Shown here: positions 17,664 to 29,010 of the stretch, in pieces
Numbering within the stretch: position 1 is the first letter of the stretch
Layout of the letters: the number at the start of each line of letters is the position of its first letter
Origin: an uncultured delta proteobacterium
GTDB taxonomy: Bacteria > Desulfobacterota > Binatia > Binatales > Binataceae
Direction: 5' to 3'
DNA length: 64,000 bases
Assembly: GCA_963794325.1 (NCBI GenBank)
Contig: CAWCDG010000004.1
Coordinates: forward strand, 672,001 to 736,000
Position numbers and translations under genes: made by a program
The notes under the pieces: model-generated
Databases searched by the model: none
What the model saw: only the letters and a program-made list of their open reading frames with translations
What the model was told of the DNA's origin: nothing

Positions 17664-20600
17664 ATGATTCGTCTTCAGTACTCAAATCGACTCGAAAATC
17701 TGATCGCGCCGCTGGCCGAGGCGGTCGCGGCGCATCAGAGACGCGACCCGCTGGAGCGAGTGTCGATCGTCGTGCCCAACCGCGTGGTCGAACAATTCGT
17801 TCGCTACCGGCTGGCTGAATCGATCGGCATCGCGGCCAATCTGAGATTCCCGTTCCTGCGCAGCTACCTGGGCGAGCTTCTCCAATCGACTGACAAGAAC
17901 CTTGAGATACTGGAGGCCGACGAGCTGCAACTTGTCCTCTTCGAGTGCCTGCGCAGCACGAACTATCGCGACGATCACGGATTGAAACCCGCGCGCGACT
18001 ACATCCTCGGGGGATCCAAGACTGACGCCGACGTCGAGCTTAGAACGCTCCTGCTGGCCGCGCAGTTGGCGCGACTGTTTCGCGAATACTCGATTTCGCG
18101 GCGGCGCATGATCGTTAAGTGGCGCGCTGCACGGCGATCAGACATTGATGCGATGGGCGAGACCGAGCGATGGCAGCGGCATTTGTGGCAACTGGTCTTC
18201 GATTCGCACGGCCGGGTGCGCGAGGAGTGGCTGCACCATCGCGACACTCGGCTGATGATGCTGCCCGACGCATTCGAGGCGACCGAGGACCAGCAACTCA
18301 AGGCCGTGGTGCCCGACACTCTTCACGTGTTCAGTTCGTCGTATGCGGGAAATGCTTACGCCGATATCTTTGCGAGACTCGGAGCGTTCGGCGACGTTCG
18401 GATCTACGCGCTCAATCCGTGCCGCGAGTTTTGGGAAGACGTCGACACCTCGCGTCGTGGCGCTCTTGCCGGATGGGTTCATCAGCATGACAAGCTCGGC
18501 GAGAAAATCAGCGAATCCGAAGACCCGTTCTCACTCAATGAGTCATCCGACTCGCCAGCTCTGCGGCTCTGGGGGCGGCCGGGCCGTGAATACATCCGGT
18601 TGCTGAATGAAGTGTCGCAGTGCGATTTCGCGCCACTCTTTTCCGATCCGGTATCCGGCGAAACTGCGTCGGTGCTGGAAAAGCTTCAGCAGAACATCCT
18701 CGATCGCGCGCCGCAGCCTGCGAATATCGAAGATCGCAAAGGCGGACCATCGGAACCGCGAATCAGTTTTCTCGCCTGCCCGGGGATTCGGCGCGAAGCC
18801 GAGATCGTCGCGAACGAAATCTGGTCGCTCATTCGCAGCAACGAAACCCTTGCCGTCGAGGGCAAAGCCGAGCGTCTTCGCTTTCACGAAATCGCCGTGC
18901 TGATTCCCGATTCGTCGGTTGACGACTACGTGGCGCAAATCGACAGCGTCTTTCGAAAGCAGCACCAGATTCCGATCGATCTCGTCAGTCGAAGCGCCGC
19001 GGGCGCGAGTCGCGTCGCCGAAGCCGTCGACCTGCTTCTCCAAATTCCGAGCGGCCGCTTCTCGCGCACGGAAATGATCCGGCTGCTGACCCATCCCGCG
19101 TTGAACGACGAAAGTGGAAGTGGAGTCGACATCGAGAAGTGGCGGCGTTGGAGCGAGACGCTCGGGATTTTCTTCGGCGCCGACGACTACGATCTGAAAG
19201 ATACCTACATTCCGCGCGGCCTCTACCACTGGGATCAAGCGATCAAACGCCTCGCGCTCGGCACCATGATGACAGGTCAGCGTGGCGGAAATCCCGCATT
19301 TTATGCGGCCGAAGCCACGGGACTCAGCTACCTTCCGGGAAAAGTCGCGCAGGATGAACTCGAGACGGCTGCGCGATTCATCCGCCTGGCGCGATCTCTG
19401 ATCGCCGACGCGATCTCAATCCGCGATGCGCGATTGACGCCTCGTGAATGGTCGCTGATGCTTGGCGAGTTCGTCAACGCGTACATTCGGCCTGACGGCG
19501 CGGTTGATGAGCAGGTCAGGGACCGGTTCCTCGAGGCGATCGAGTCGATCGGAGAATCGAACCTGAGCATCGGCGCGATGTCGTACGAGTCGGCGCGCGA
19601 AGTGATCGCGGCGCGAGTGATCGATCTCGATTCGCGTCGCGGACAATATTCGGGGCGTGGCGTTGCGATCGGATCGTTCAGCTCGCTGCGATCGATCCCA
19701 TTCAAAGTGATTTTTGCGCTGGGGTTGAATGAGGCCGTTTTTCCGGAACGCGAGCATAGAGAGCCGCTTGATTTGCGGACGCTCAAGCGCACGGCAGGCG
19801 ACGTTTCTCCCGCGGAGCGCGACCGTTACCTGTTCCTTGAGACGATCCTCGCCGCGCGCGAGCGGATTTTTTTCTCCTACGTTGCCCGCAACGCGAAGAC
19901 CGGCGACGAGCTGGAACCTTCGCCAGTCATTCGCGAGCTGCAGTCAATTCTGCGCGGATTCATCGATGAGAAGACGCTCGCGAAGCTAACATTGAAGCAT
20001 CCGATCAGCCGCTACGACTTGAAGTATTTTCCGGAATTCAGCGAAGCAGGATTATCAGACTGTCAGCCTGAAATCGCGAGCTTCGATCCCGACGCGCGGC
20101 GCGGTGCCCGGATGCTCGCCTTTCGAAAGAAGATCGAGGAGGTCGCGCCGCATTCGACGAGGCGCGAGGGCGAGAGACTGATCGATAGTTTTGGCCCTGA
20201 GCTGCTCGAACGCGTCAAAGAGGATCTCCAGTTTCCGAAATTCGAATCGCAGGCTGCCGCGACGAACGCGGGGCGCGTGGAAGAGATCGCGCTGCCAATC
20301 GCCGCGATTCGAAGATATCTCGAATGTCCTCTGCAGGGGGCGGCGCGCTATTCGCTCGGGATGCTCGAGGACGAAGATGCGCCGGAGGACGCGCAGGACG
20401 AGCCGATCGAGCAGTCGCGCCTCAATCGTGTGGTCATGCTGCGCAACGTTTTCTGGGGTGCCGCCGGCCAGCTCGACGCGATCGAGGAAGCGTATGCGCG
20501 CGAGGTCCGGATCGCACAGGCTCGCGGCCACGCGTCGGCCGGCCAGTTCGCGGAGGCCGCAAAAGCTGGCGACGATTCAGCTCTTCGACAATGGACCTCG

Positions 20601-21275
20601 CAGGCTTTGAAAGCGGGCGTGAACGATTTCGAAGGATGGAAAGACATTCGGATCGGGCGCGCCGATGAATTTGCCGACGCCGCCGAAATTCTCGATCCGA
20701 TCACCCTGAACGCGGAAGTGCGCCGTCACGACGGCACGAATGTGACGCATCGCGTGAGCCTCTACGGCACGATTCGCGGCGTTTCGCCTGATGCGGGCGC
20801 CGCGATCAATTGCGTGCTGCGCAAATCGGTAAAGTCGAAGGACTTTCTTCCGGCATTCATCAATGCGATTGCGCTCGCTGCCGCCGGAGTGCAAATGCCG
20901 AAAACATTCCGCGCGATCGTACTCCGCTCGAATCCCGAACAAAAAGCGGACTGGATTCGCGCGTTCGAAACCATGGATCGCGAATCTGCGCTCGGCTACC
21001 TCACCGAAGTCGTCAGCGATCTACTGTCAACCGGCAATGACTATTTCCTACCCTTCGAAGCCGTCGAGGAAGTCGTAGAGGTATTGGACAACGAAAAAAA
21101 AGTTCACGACCTGGTCGATACGGTCGAGCAGGTTCTGCTGGTTGACGCCGTGAAGTGCAGCTCCGATTACGGCCCGGTGCGTAATCCCAGAGACTTCGAC
21201 CCACCCGATGAACAAACGATCGCGCAGATCGTCGCGCGCCGCTTCGATCCGATTCGCGGGATCTTCGAGAAATGA
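17664..21275 (+). CDS. recC: Exodeoxyribonuclease V gamma subunit
   Basis: YSNRLENL, IVVPN, LNPCREFWED, LWGRPGRE, IPFKVIFALGLNE, DRYLFLETILAARE; 1203 aa. Confidence 0.92.
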   Translation: MIRLQYSNRLENLIAPLAEAVAAHQRRDPLERVSIVVPNRVVEQFVRYRLAESIGIAANLRFPFLRSYLGELLQSTDKNLEILEADELQLVLFECLRSTNYRDDHGLKPARDYILGGSKTDADVELRTLLLAAQLARLFREYSISRRRMIVKWRAARRSDIDAMGETERWQRHLWQLVFDSHGRVREEWLHHRDTRLMMLPDAFEATEDQQLKAVVPDTLHVFSSSYAGNAYADIFARLGAFGDVRIYALNPCREFWEDVDTSRRGALAGWVHQHDKLGEKISESEDPFSLNESSDSPALRLWGRPGREYIRLLNEVSQCDFAPLFSDPVSGETASVLEKLQQNILDRAPQPANIEDRKGGPSEPRISFLACPGIRREAEIVANEIWSLIRSNETLAVEGKAERLRFHEIAVLIPDSSVDDYVAQIDSVFRKQHQIPIDLVSRSAAGASRVAEAVDLLLQIPSGRFSRTEMIRLLTHPALNDESGSGVDIEKWRRWSETLGIFFGADDYDLKDTYIPRGLYHWDQAIKRLALGTMMTGQRGGNPAFYAAEATGLSYLPGKVAQDELETAARFIRLARSLIADAISIRDARLTPREWSLMLGEFVNAYIRPDGAVDEQVRDRFLEAIESIGESNLSIGAMSYESAREVIAARVIDLDSRRGQYSGRGVAIGSFSSLRSIPFKVIFALGLNEAVFPEREHREPLDLRTLKRTAGDVSPAERDRYLFLETILAARERIFFSYVARNAKTGDELEPSPVIRELQSILRGFIDEKTLAKLTLKHPISRYDLKYFPEFSEAGLSDCQPEIASFDPDARRGARMLAFRKKIEEVAPHSTRREGERLIDSFGPELLERVKEDLQFPKFESQAAATNAGRVEEIALPIAAIRRYLECPLQGAARYSLGMLEDEDAPEDAQDEPIEQSRLNRVVMLRNVFWGAAGQLDAIEEAYAREVRIAQARGHASAGQFAEAAKAGDDSALRQWTSQALKAGVNDFEGWKDIRIGRADEFADAAEILDPITLNAEVRRHDGTNVTHRVSLYGTIRGVSPDAGAAINCVLRKSVKSKDFLPAFINAIALAAAGVQMPKTFRAIVLRSNPEQKADWIRAFETMDRESALGYLTEVVSDLLSTGNDYFLPFEAVEEVVEVLDNEKKVHDLVDTVEQVLLVDAVKCSSDYGPVRNPRDFDPPDEQTIAQIVARRFDPIRGIFEK

Positions 21276-24200
21276 GCGCACAGGAATCGAACTTCGAGTA
21301 TTACCGCCCGTCGATTCTCGACGAGATTCTCGAGGGCGGACATAAGGTAATCGACGCCAGCGCGGGCACCGGCAAGACCTTCACCATCGAGCGCATCGTG
21401 GTGGAACTACTGCTTACCGGCGCCGCGAAAATCGATCAGATCCTCGTCGTTACGTTCACCGAAAAGGCCACGGCTGAGCTGCGCGCGCGAATCCGGGCGG
21501 CGATCGAACACGTCATGTCCGGCAGGAGCGCCGGGGACGCGCGCGCGTCGGGGCGCCGGAGCCTCGGCGACGAGGAGCGCGAGAGACTCAAGTCCGCGTT
21601 GTTCTCATTTCATCATTCGCCGATTCATACGATTCATAGTTTCTGCCATAGGATGCTGACGGAGCTCGCTTTCGACAGCGGCGTCCGTTTCGGGCTTGAC
21701 CTGGCGAGTGGACGTCGCGAGTTCCACGAAAGTCTGCGAGCGGAATTGCGCGAACGGTTGAAGTCGGACGCTCGCGTCGCGCGCCTTGTGCGCGAATGGC
21801 TTTCCGACGAGAAGCGCGATTCGGATGGACTCGAGGATCTGCTGTGGCGGGCTCACTCCCAGCGCTACCTGCGAACGACCGAGCACGAACGAAATCTGAA
21901 GGCGTTAGATGATCTCGTGATTGCGTTCGATGCAGTCGCGTTGGTGAATGCCTTTCGCATCGCGGCCATTAAAGATGATGCGCGCGACGATGCGATCAGT
22001 GCGACGGGGGAACTCGAGACGATCGTAAACCGTGCCGGACGATCGACCGCTGGTCTGGTCGATGGTCTGATCGATTTCGATTTTGATCGCATCTGCAGGC
22101 CAACGAAAACGTCGAGGCGGACCGGCAAATTCCCTGACGACATGCCGGACAAGGTGCGCGCGATCATCGATGCGGCAAAGCGGGTTCAAGCAGCAATTGC
22201 GATCGAGCAGAGGGCGGTGGACGAATTGCTGCCAGACGTCGTCAATCGGATGGACGCGCGGAAACGCGAGCAGGGGACGCTCGACTACGAGGACATGCTG
22301 GCGTGGCTGGCGGACGCGCTCGACGGTGCGCGCGGCAAGTCGCTCGCGGCCACGCTGCGCGAACGCTACCGCGTGACTTTGATCGACGAATTCCAGGACA
22401 CCGACGAACTGCAGTGGAAAATTTTTCGCCGCGTGTTCGTCGAAGGCGGCGGCGGCAACGTCGTCTTCGTAATCGGAGATCCCAAGCAGGCGATTTACGG
22501 ATTCCGCGGCGCCGACGTGCACGCATATCTTGAAGCGCGTTTGCAGCTTTCCGGATTCGGGTGCGGCGACGGTCAACTTGCGCCAAAATTTCCGATCGAC
22601 CGCCGACATGATCGAAGCATGCAACCTGATCTTCGAGCAGAACGCCGGCGAGCCGTTGTTCACCGGCGAAATAAAGTACGATCCTCCTGCGGAATGCGGG
22701 CGTCCTGCTCTCAGAGCCATCGCGGCGAATGGGAATGGCATTCAGATCGCGCCGGTGGCACTAATCAAGTTCGAGCCGCGTGATGAAAGACATAAATTTT
22801 CGCGCCGGATGCGTGAAGCGGTCGGGCTCGGAATCGCAAACGCGATTCGACGAATTATCAAGGAACCGGACCACGCAATCGAAATCAGCGACGAGGGGCA
22901 GGCGCCGCGCAAAGTCACGGCGCGTGATGTTTACGTCCTTACGCGGACCAATCGCGACAGCGTCGAAATCGCAAAATACCTGGGTCAGGTCGGAGTGCCG
23001 TTTGCCTTCCACAAGCAGGACGGGTTGTTTCAGACTCGCGAAGCCGCTTACGTTCTCGACGTGCTCAGGGGGATCGAGGAGCCTGGCCGGCGCTCGAACC
23101 GTCTGAAGGCGTGGGCTTCGCCGTTCTTCGCCGTCGAGTATGCCGACCTCGCGCGGCTTGAAGACGATCACACGGCGCAGCCGATGGTTGACCGATTGTT
23201 CGAATGGCGCGCGCTCGCCGAGGCCGGGCATTTTGCCGATTTGTTCGATGCGCTGCTGCATCAGAGCGGATTGGCAGAACGCCAATTACTGTTGTCGGAG
23301 CGCGGCCGCCAGCTGACTAACTTCGAACACATTTTCGAGATTCTGACTCTCGATGCGTCGCGTCGCGGAGTCTCGCTCGCGGAAATAATCGAGAAGCTCG
23401 ACGACTACATTGCGGAGCGTGCGACGCCTTCGGGCGACGATCCGAATATTCAGCGTATCGAAAATGATCGGGACGCCGTGCAAATCATGACGATTCACAA
23501 GAGCAAGGGCCTCGAAGCTGACGTCGTCGCGCTGTTCGGCGGATTTTTTGCGAACAACATGCCTGAGCCGGTGCGCGTTTTTCATTCGGGAAACGAGCGC
23601 CGACTCGCAATCGGCAAGCCAGCGCAGTCTTTGGCGGACGGGCAGATCAGAACAGAACGCGCGGAGGAGGATCAACGCTTGCTCTACGTCGCGCTGACCC
23701 GCGCGCGCGCTAAATTGATACTGCCCTGCGTCCCCAGCGGCGCACTGAATCGTAATCGTGACCTGAGTGGATTCTACAAACCGTTGAACGAACGACTGCG
23801 CACTCTAGAGCAAAAAAGTCGATTCGAGCGACGCTATTCGTAACTGAGATCGCAAATTCGCCGTTTACGGATTCGGAAAATGAAGAAGGGCCGATCGTAC
23901 CAGCGCCTGACGAGAATGCGTTGCACGACTGGCTCGAATCGACGTCGCGGCCCATCGTGCGCGAAGCAGAATTCACTGATCTGGGCGCAAAGCATCGAGG
24001 CTTGATCGTCGAATCTTACACCTCGCTGCAGGCGGCCGAGCCCGACGATTTCAAAAGCAGCGTCGATGCGATCGATGCGCGCGGCAACAACCTCGATTTG
24101 CCGGGCGGGCGTCGCGTCGGAATTTTCCTGCATGAGGCCATCGAGAAGCTTGATTTCGACTCCTTTGGCGACGCACCCGATCTGCAATCGTGGATGGCGC

Positions 24201-24811
24201 GCGACGACGTGCGCGAGCTGTTCGCGAAGGCGATGCGCCGTCATGGTGTGGTTGATCTACGATGGCTCGACCGGGGCCGCGAAATCGTCTTCAACACTCT
24301 CACCTCGAGAGTCGCACTCGCGGAAACCATGCTCGACGGCGGACTCTACCGGCTCGCCGGAGTCCGCGAGATGGAGTTCGCGTATCCGATTCCCGAAAGA
24401 CATCACACGTTGCTGGGCAACGGTCCGGATGGCTCGTGGAGGGTTGAGCGCGGCTATATCAAGGGGTTTATCGACTTCGTATTCCGACGCAGCAAACTGA
24501 TGTATTTCGCCGATTGGAAGGGCGACCTCTTACCATCATATGAGCCAGCCGCGGTCGCGAGGCACGTCCAAAGCCACTACAGATTACAGGCTCGAATATA
24601 CTCAGTCGGTGTCGTCCGCCTGCTCGCTATTCACAACGAGCGCGACTACGACTCGAAGTTTGGCGGCCTTCTCTATGTATTTCTTCGAGGCATTTCGCGA
24701 ACTGGAGACGGCAAGACTGGATTCTACTTCGAGCGGCCGTCGTGGAATGAAATAGTCAGTTATGAATCTGTACTGATGAATCATGATACTGAGTCCGAGC
24801 TACTGACATGA
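21272..24811 (+). CDS. recB: Exodeoxyribonuclease V beta subunit, with two frameshifts (near 22550 and 23820)
   Basis: ASAGTGKT, DEFQDTD, GDPKQAIYGFRGAD, NFRS, TIHKSKGLE, RLLYVALTRA, nuclease GFID...DWK and Y.LQ..IY spread over three ORFs. Confidence 0.88.
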
Positions 24812-26856
24812 ACGACAGATACTCACTACTCGGAATGAATACTGCCTGGCGACGCTTTGAATCAGCTCGTGGCGGCGGTCGTTCCTCTTTCGACGCTCGC
24901 ATTCGTGCGCTCGAGGGCGCGGTCGCCGCGCTCAATCTTGTACCTGAGACTGTCCACCTGGCGGCTGAGCTAGCGGCCCTTGAACCGGCTCTGGAAGCCG
25001 ACGATCGAATCTCGCTTATCGTACTTATCCTCGTTTCTTTGGCCGCGCTCCAGGAAGGGAGCACCCGTTTCCCGGTGACTGGGCCACTCTCCGAGGCTCC
25101 AATGCGGCGCGTTCTGAGCGCCTTGTGTGCGGAAGGTTTCGCCGACGCCGGCATCGACAAGATAGTCAGTTCGATCACAGTGCTTCTCGAATCGAACCGT
25201 GCACCGTCCGTCGTCGGTCGAAATGAAGGTGAATACAAGCCGCTACTACATATTGCGCCGTACATAGTGCATCAGAGTATCTATAACTGCGAGCGCGAAC
25301 TGGCTATTAGACTGGCCGCGTTACTCAATGCTCGTCCAGAAGAGCAACCGAACGCAGAGCAACTCGTCCGCGCGGTTCAAGATGTGATTGCTCGTCCCGT
25401 GATTGTGCAGGGCAAGCGAATCATGATGTCCGATGAACAGTGCAGCGTAGTTAGCGCTTCAGCGCGCGCCGGACTGACCGTTATTTCGGGAGGTCCGGGC
25501 ACTGGCAAGACATCGATCATCGTCGCAATCATGCGGCTGATGGTGCGCCTTGGCGTCGATCCTTCGAAGATCGCGCTGGCGGCCCCAACCGGGAAAGCGG
25601 CGTATCGGATGGGCGAGTGCGTGAGTGAGTCGCTGAATCGAATCGAGGAGCGCGACGATGTGGACCGGGCGCTCCTCGATGCGCATCTCGAGCCGTCGAC
25701 GATTCACCGCTTGCTCGGTTACTCGCCCGATTCTGGCCGCTTCCGGCATCATCGAAACAACCCGCTCCCGGCGAAGTTGGTTATCGTCGATGAAGGGTCG
25801 ATGCTCGACGTCACCTTGATGGAAAGGCTGACGAACGCGATTGCGCCGGGAGCGCGCTTGATACTGCTCGGCGACGCGAATCAATTGCCGTCGGTTGCCG
25901 CGGGCTCCGTGTTCCGCGACCTGGTTCCATCGGCCGGAAATGGCATCGGTCTCCTCGCTGAGGCCTCGATGCGGCTCGTGGTGAATCACCGGATGAACAG
26001 CGACGATGCGGGTCGATCGATCCTGCTCGCGGCGCAATCGATTAACGACGGCGATTCCAATCTGCTGAGCTTGGTTGACGAAGCGAATGCTCCGATTGTT
26101 GTGCGGCGATCATCGACGGAAGAGATGGCATTCGCCGGTGTTGAATTTCTTGCGGCGGATCCGTGCACGCTCGGTCCGTTTCTGGATCGCTGGTATGCGG
26201 ATCGAGTGCTAGGCGGAAAGAAAATTGCGGAACTGATTAAGCATGAATACATCGAGCGCGACGGGCATTTCGATGAGGCCGACTGCGAGCGTTTGCGCGT
26301 CCTGTTCGCGCACGTCGCCAAATCGCGCATCCTGTGCGTGACGCGTGTGTTCGAAACCGGCGCCGATCGGATAAACGCACGGCTTCATTCAAGAGCCGCC
26401 GAAACTGCGGGCGTCAATGCGGAGCGCGTTCCGTTCGTCGTTGGCGAGCCGTTGATCGTGCTCCGCAATGATTACGAGCGCGGACTCTTCAACGGCGACA
26501 ATGGAATCATGCTGTGGATCCGGCGCGGCAACGGCGCGCAGGTCCGAATGGCGGTATTCCCGCGAGGCGACAAGTTCGTCGCGTTTCGGTTCGCGGCGCT
26601 GCGCGAATTCATCGAGCTCAGCTACGCGATGACAGTGCACAAGGCGCAGGGCTCCGAGTTCGATTCGATCGCGATCGTTCTGCCGGAGAAACCGGTGGCA
26701 ATGTTGACCCGCGAACTGATCTATACGGCAGTCAGCCGAAGCAGGACGTCGGTCGTGATCGTCGGCGACGAGTCGGTGCTCAGCAATGCCATCGACACTC
26801 GCGTGGAACGGTTCTCCGGGCTCGCGGATCGGCTGAAACTCGAGCTCGCCAGCTAA
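24808..26856 (+). CDS. recD: Exodeoxyribonuclease V alpha subunit
   Basis: ISGGPGTGKT, TIHRLLG, VDEGSM, GDANQLPSV, YAMTVHKAQGSEF. Confidence 0.93.
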   Translation: MNDRYSLLGMNTAWRRFESARGGGRSSFDARIRALEGAVAALNLVPETVHLAAELAALEPALEADDRISLIVLILVSLAALQEGSTRFPVTGPLSEAPMRRVLSALCAEGFADAGIDKIVSSITVLLESNRAPSVVGRNEGEYKPLLHIAPYIVHQSIYNCERELAIRLAALLNARPEEQPNAEQLVRAVQDVIARPVIVQGKRIMMSDEQCSVVSASARAGLTVISGGPGTGKTSIIVAIMRLMVRLGVDPSKIALAAPTGKAAYRMGECVSESLNRIEERDDVDRALLDAHLEPSTIHRLLGYSPDSGRFRHHRNNPLPAKLVIVDEGSMLDVTLMERLTNAIAPGARLILLGDANQLPSVAAGSVFRDLVPSAGNGIGLLAEASMRLVVNHRMNSDDAGRSILLAAQSINDGDSNLLSLVDEANAPIVVRRSSTEEMAFAGVEFLAADPCTLGPFLDRWYADRVLGGKKIAELIKHEYIERDGHFDEADCERLRVLFAHVAKSRILCVTRVFETGADRINARLHSRAAETAGVNAERVPFVVGEPLIVLRNDYERGLFNGDNGIMLWIRRGNGAQVRMAVFPRGDKFVAFRFAALREFIELSYAMTVHKAQGSEFDSIAIVLPEKPVAMLTRELIYTAVSRSRTSVVIVGDESVLSNAIDTRVERFSGLADRLKLELAS

Positions 26857-27578
26857 CTCTTTGGCGTGTGCGAGAGCAGGAATTCGCGCACGCGCTTCAC
26901 CGTCGCGCCGATCACTTCAGGCGATTTCCAGTTCTCGAACAGTTCGGCGTTCGGTGCGAGCGCGGCGATCTCCTTCGAGGTTTCCGTCGGATGATAGTCG
27001 TCGTTGCCGCACAGAATCAGCAGGGGCGTTTTGCATAAGCGTACGAAGTCTCGCGAAACGTTGAAGACGAAATCTGTGCCGTACATCCGGTCGCGAAACT
27101 GCCGCAGCGCCGCGTCATCGAGACCGCGCTTCACCTTGAACCCGTCCGCCCAGGTATCGAACATATTGTAAAACATCTCGCGGTTGCGCGGACTAAGGCC
27201 GATCGGATTTTGTAAAACCGCGGCGCTGACTCGCTGGGGGTCAGCCTTGATCAATCCGAGGCTGTAAGACCCTCCGATGCATGCGCCCATCAGATGGCAT
27301 CGCTTGATCCCGAGATGATCGAGCAGCGCGATATGATCGGCAGTATAAGTTTCCCAACCATCGTTAGCGGTGATCGGTCCGGACGACTTGCCGGCGTTGC
27401 GTTGGTCCATCGCGATCACACGGAAGTTGGCGGCTAGTTCTTTGGTTGGATCAAATGGGCTATGAGCCCAGAACTCAATACTCGAACGCATCCCGCCGGG
27501 TGCAAATAGTAAAATGGGATAGCCAGTTCCGTATTCCTCGTAGTAAATCGAAACGTCGTCGCGCTGGAATGTTGGCAT
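26853..27578 (-). CDS. Alpha/beta fold hydrolase
   Basis: YYEEYGTG, DQRNAGKS, GACIGG elbow (Cys at the nucleophile position). Confidence 0.85.
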   Translation of the reverse strand: MPTFQRDDVSIYYEEYGTGYPILLFAPGGMRSSIEFWAHSPFDPTKELAANFRVIAMDQRNAGKSSGPITANDGWETYTADHIALLDHLGIKRCHLMGACIGGSYSLGLIKADPQRVSAAVLQNPIGLSPRNREMFYNMFDTWADGFKVKRGLDDAALRQFRDRMYGTDFVFNVSRDFVRLCKTPLLILCGNDDYHPTETSKEIAALAPNAELFENWKSPEVIGATVKRVREFLLSHTPKS

Positions 27579-27588
27579 TTCAGGCTCC

Positions 27589-28995
27589 TTATTCTTCCAA
27601 TTCTGATGGACGCAGATGCTTCCACGGCCGGGCGGCTTCGAACGCCGCCGCCAGTGCGAGCAGATCGAACTCACCGTTGGGTCGTCCGACAATCTGAAGT
27701 CCAATAGGCAGTCCTGCGCGGGTGAATCCCGCGGGAATAGTCAGTGCAGGTTGGCCGGTGGCGTTGAACGGATACTCAAATGCTATCCAAGTCCATAACT
27801 CAGTCAGATAGCTATTAGGTTTTGAGGGGAAGCTCCCGTTTCTCATTGCAGGCTGGGTCATCGTCGGCGTTAGCAACGCGTCGTAAGGGTCGAGACGCTC
27901 GACGATCGAGCGCGCGATATTGTGCATGGTAGCGATCAGGTTCACGTAGTCGGCGCCGCTCACTTTGCGGCCGAGTTCGTACATCTCACGGACGACCGGC
28001 TCGATCAAATCGGGACTCGTGACGGGTATCGCAGCGATTCCAACGCAAATCAGGATTCGGGTGCACTCGACTAACATCGCGCCGGGATCAAGATCAATCG
28101 GTTCGACTCGATGCCCCAGCGCGCGCATCGCCGCGCACGACGACTCGAACGCCGCCGCGACTTCCGGATCGACCTCGCCAAGTTTCGAGGTTGCGATCGA
28201 GGCGAGTCTCAGATTCTTAGGGATGACCTGTACGGCTTCTTCGAAGGGACGCGACGGCGGCGGCGCCCAGTACGGATCGCCGGTGACGGGACCGGCGATT
28301 GCGTCGAGCATCATCGCGACGTCGCGCACCGACCGCGCGATTGGGCCGCGGGTTGCGTAGCCGCCCCACGCTTCTCCCCTATGCGGGGCATAGGTTATTC
28401 GTCCTCTCGACGGCTTGAGCCCCACCACGCCGCAGTTCGACGCGGGACCGCGAATCGATCCGCCGCCGTCGCTGCCCTCCGCCAACGGGCCGAGTCCCGC
28501 GGCTACGGCAGCAGCGGCGCCGCCGCTGGAGCCGCCGGCGTTGTACTCGCGATTCCATGGGTTGTGCGCAGTCGGGCACAGGCCGCCTTCCGTCGTGGGT
28601 CGTCCGCCGAACTCCGGCGTCGAGGTTTTGCCGAGCAGAATTCCGCCGGCCTTATTCAGGCGCTGAGCGATCACCGCGTCCTGCTCGGGAAACGATTCGG
28701 CGTAGTTGCGCGATCCGAGCGTGGTGCGAATTCCGGCAGTCGGGGTGAGATCCTTGAGTGAGTACGCGACGCCGTATAAGCGCATCGACGCCGCACTGGC
28801 GCGCGACGCCTCCAGACGCGCAGCATCGGCGAGCGCGCGGTCCGCGGTGACCGTCATGTACGCCCCCAGCCCAGGATTAATGCGTTCGATTCGGGCGAGG
28901 TAAGACTCCGCGACTTCGCGGGGTCGGAGTTCACCCTTCATTACCAAGTCGCGAAGTTGCCAGGCTTCAATGAAGGGGTCGAACACAGTAGTCAC
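27589..28995 (-). CDS. Amidase signature family protein
   Basis: LKD, GGSSGG, GSDGGGSIRGPAS, GLPIGLQ. Confidence 0.93.
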   Translation of the reverse strand: MTTVFDPFIEAWQLRDLVMKGELRPREVAESYLARIERINPGLGAYMTVTADRALADAARLEASRASAASMRLYGVAYSLKDLTPTAGIRTTLGSRNYAESFPEQDAVIAQRLNKAGGILLGKTSTPEFGGRPTTEGGLCPTAHNPWNREYNAGGSSGGAAAAVAAGLGPLAEGSDGGGSIRGPASNCGVVGLKPSRGRITYAPHRGEAWGGYATRGPIARSVRDVAMMLDAIAGPVTGDPYWAPPPSRPFEEAVQVIPKNLRLASIATSKLGEVDPEVAAAFESSCAAMRALGHRVEPIDLDPGAMLVECTRILICVGIAAIPVTSPDLIEPVVREMYELGRKVSGADYVNLIATMHNIARSIVERLDPYDALLTPTMTQPAMRNGSFPSKPNSYLTELWTWIAFEYPFNATGQPALTIPAGFTRAGLPIGLQIVGRPNGEFDLLALAAAFEAARPWKHLRPSELEE

Positions 28996-29010
28996 TCGAA
29001 TAGCTATTAG

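Noticed and set aside
23809-23819. A-AAA-AAG slippery heptamer as a programmed -1 frameshift in recB
   Set aside because: The heptamer is not in the reading frame of the upstream ORF
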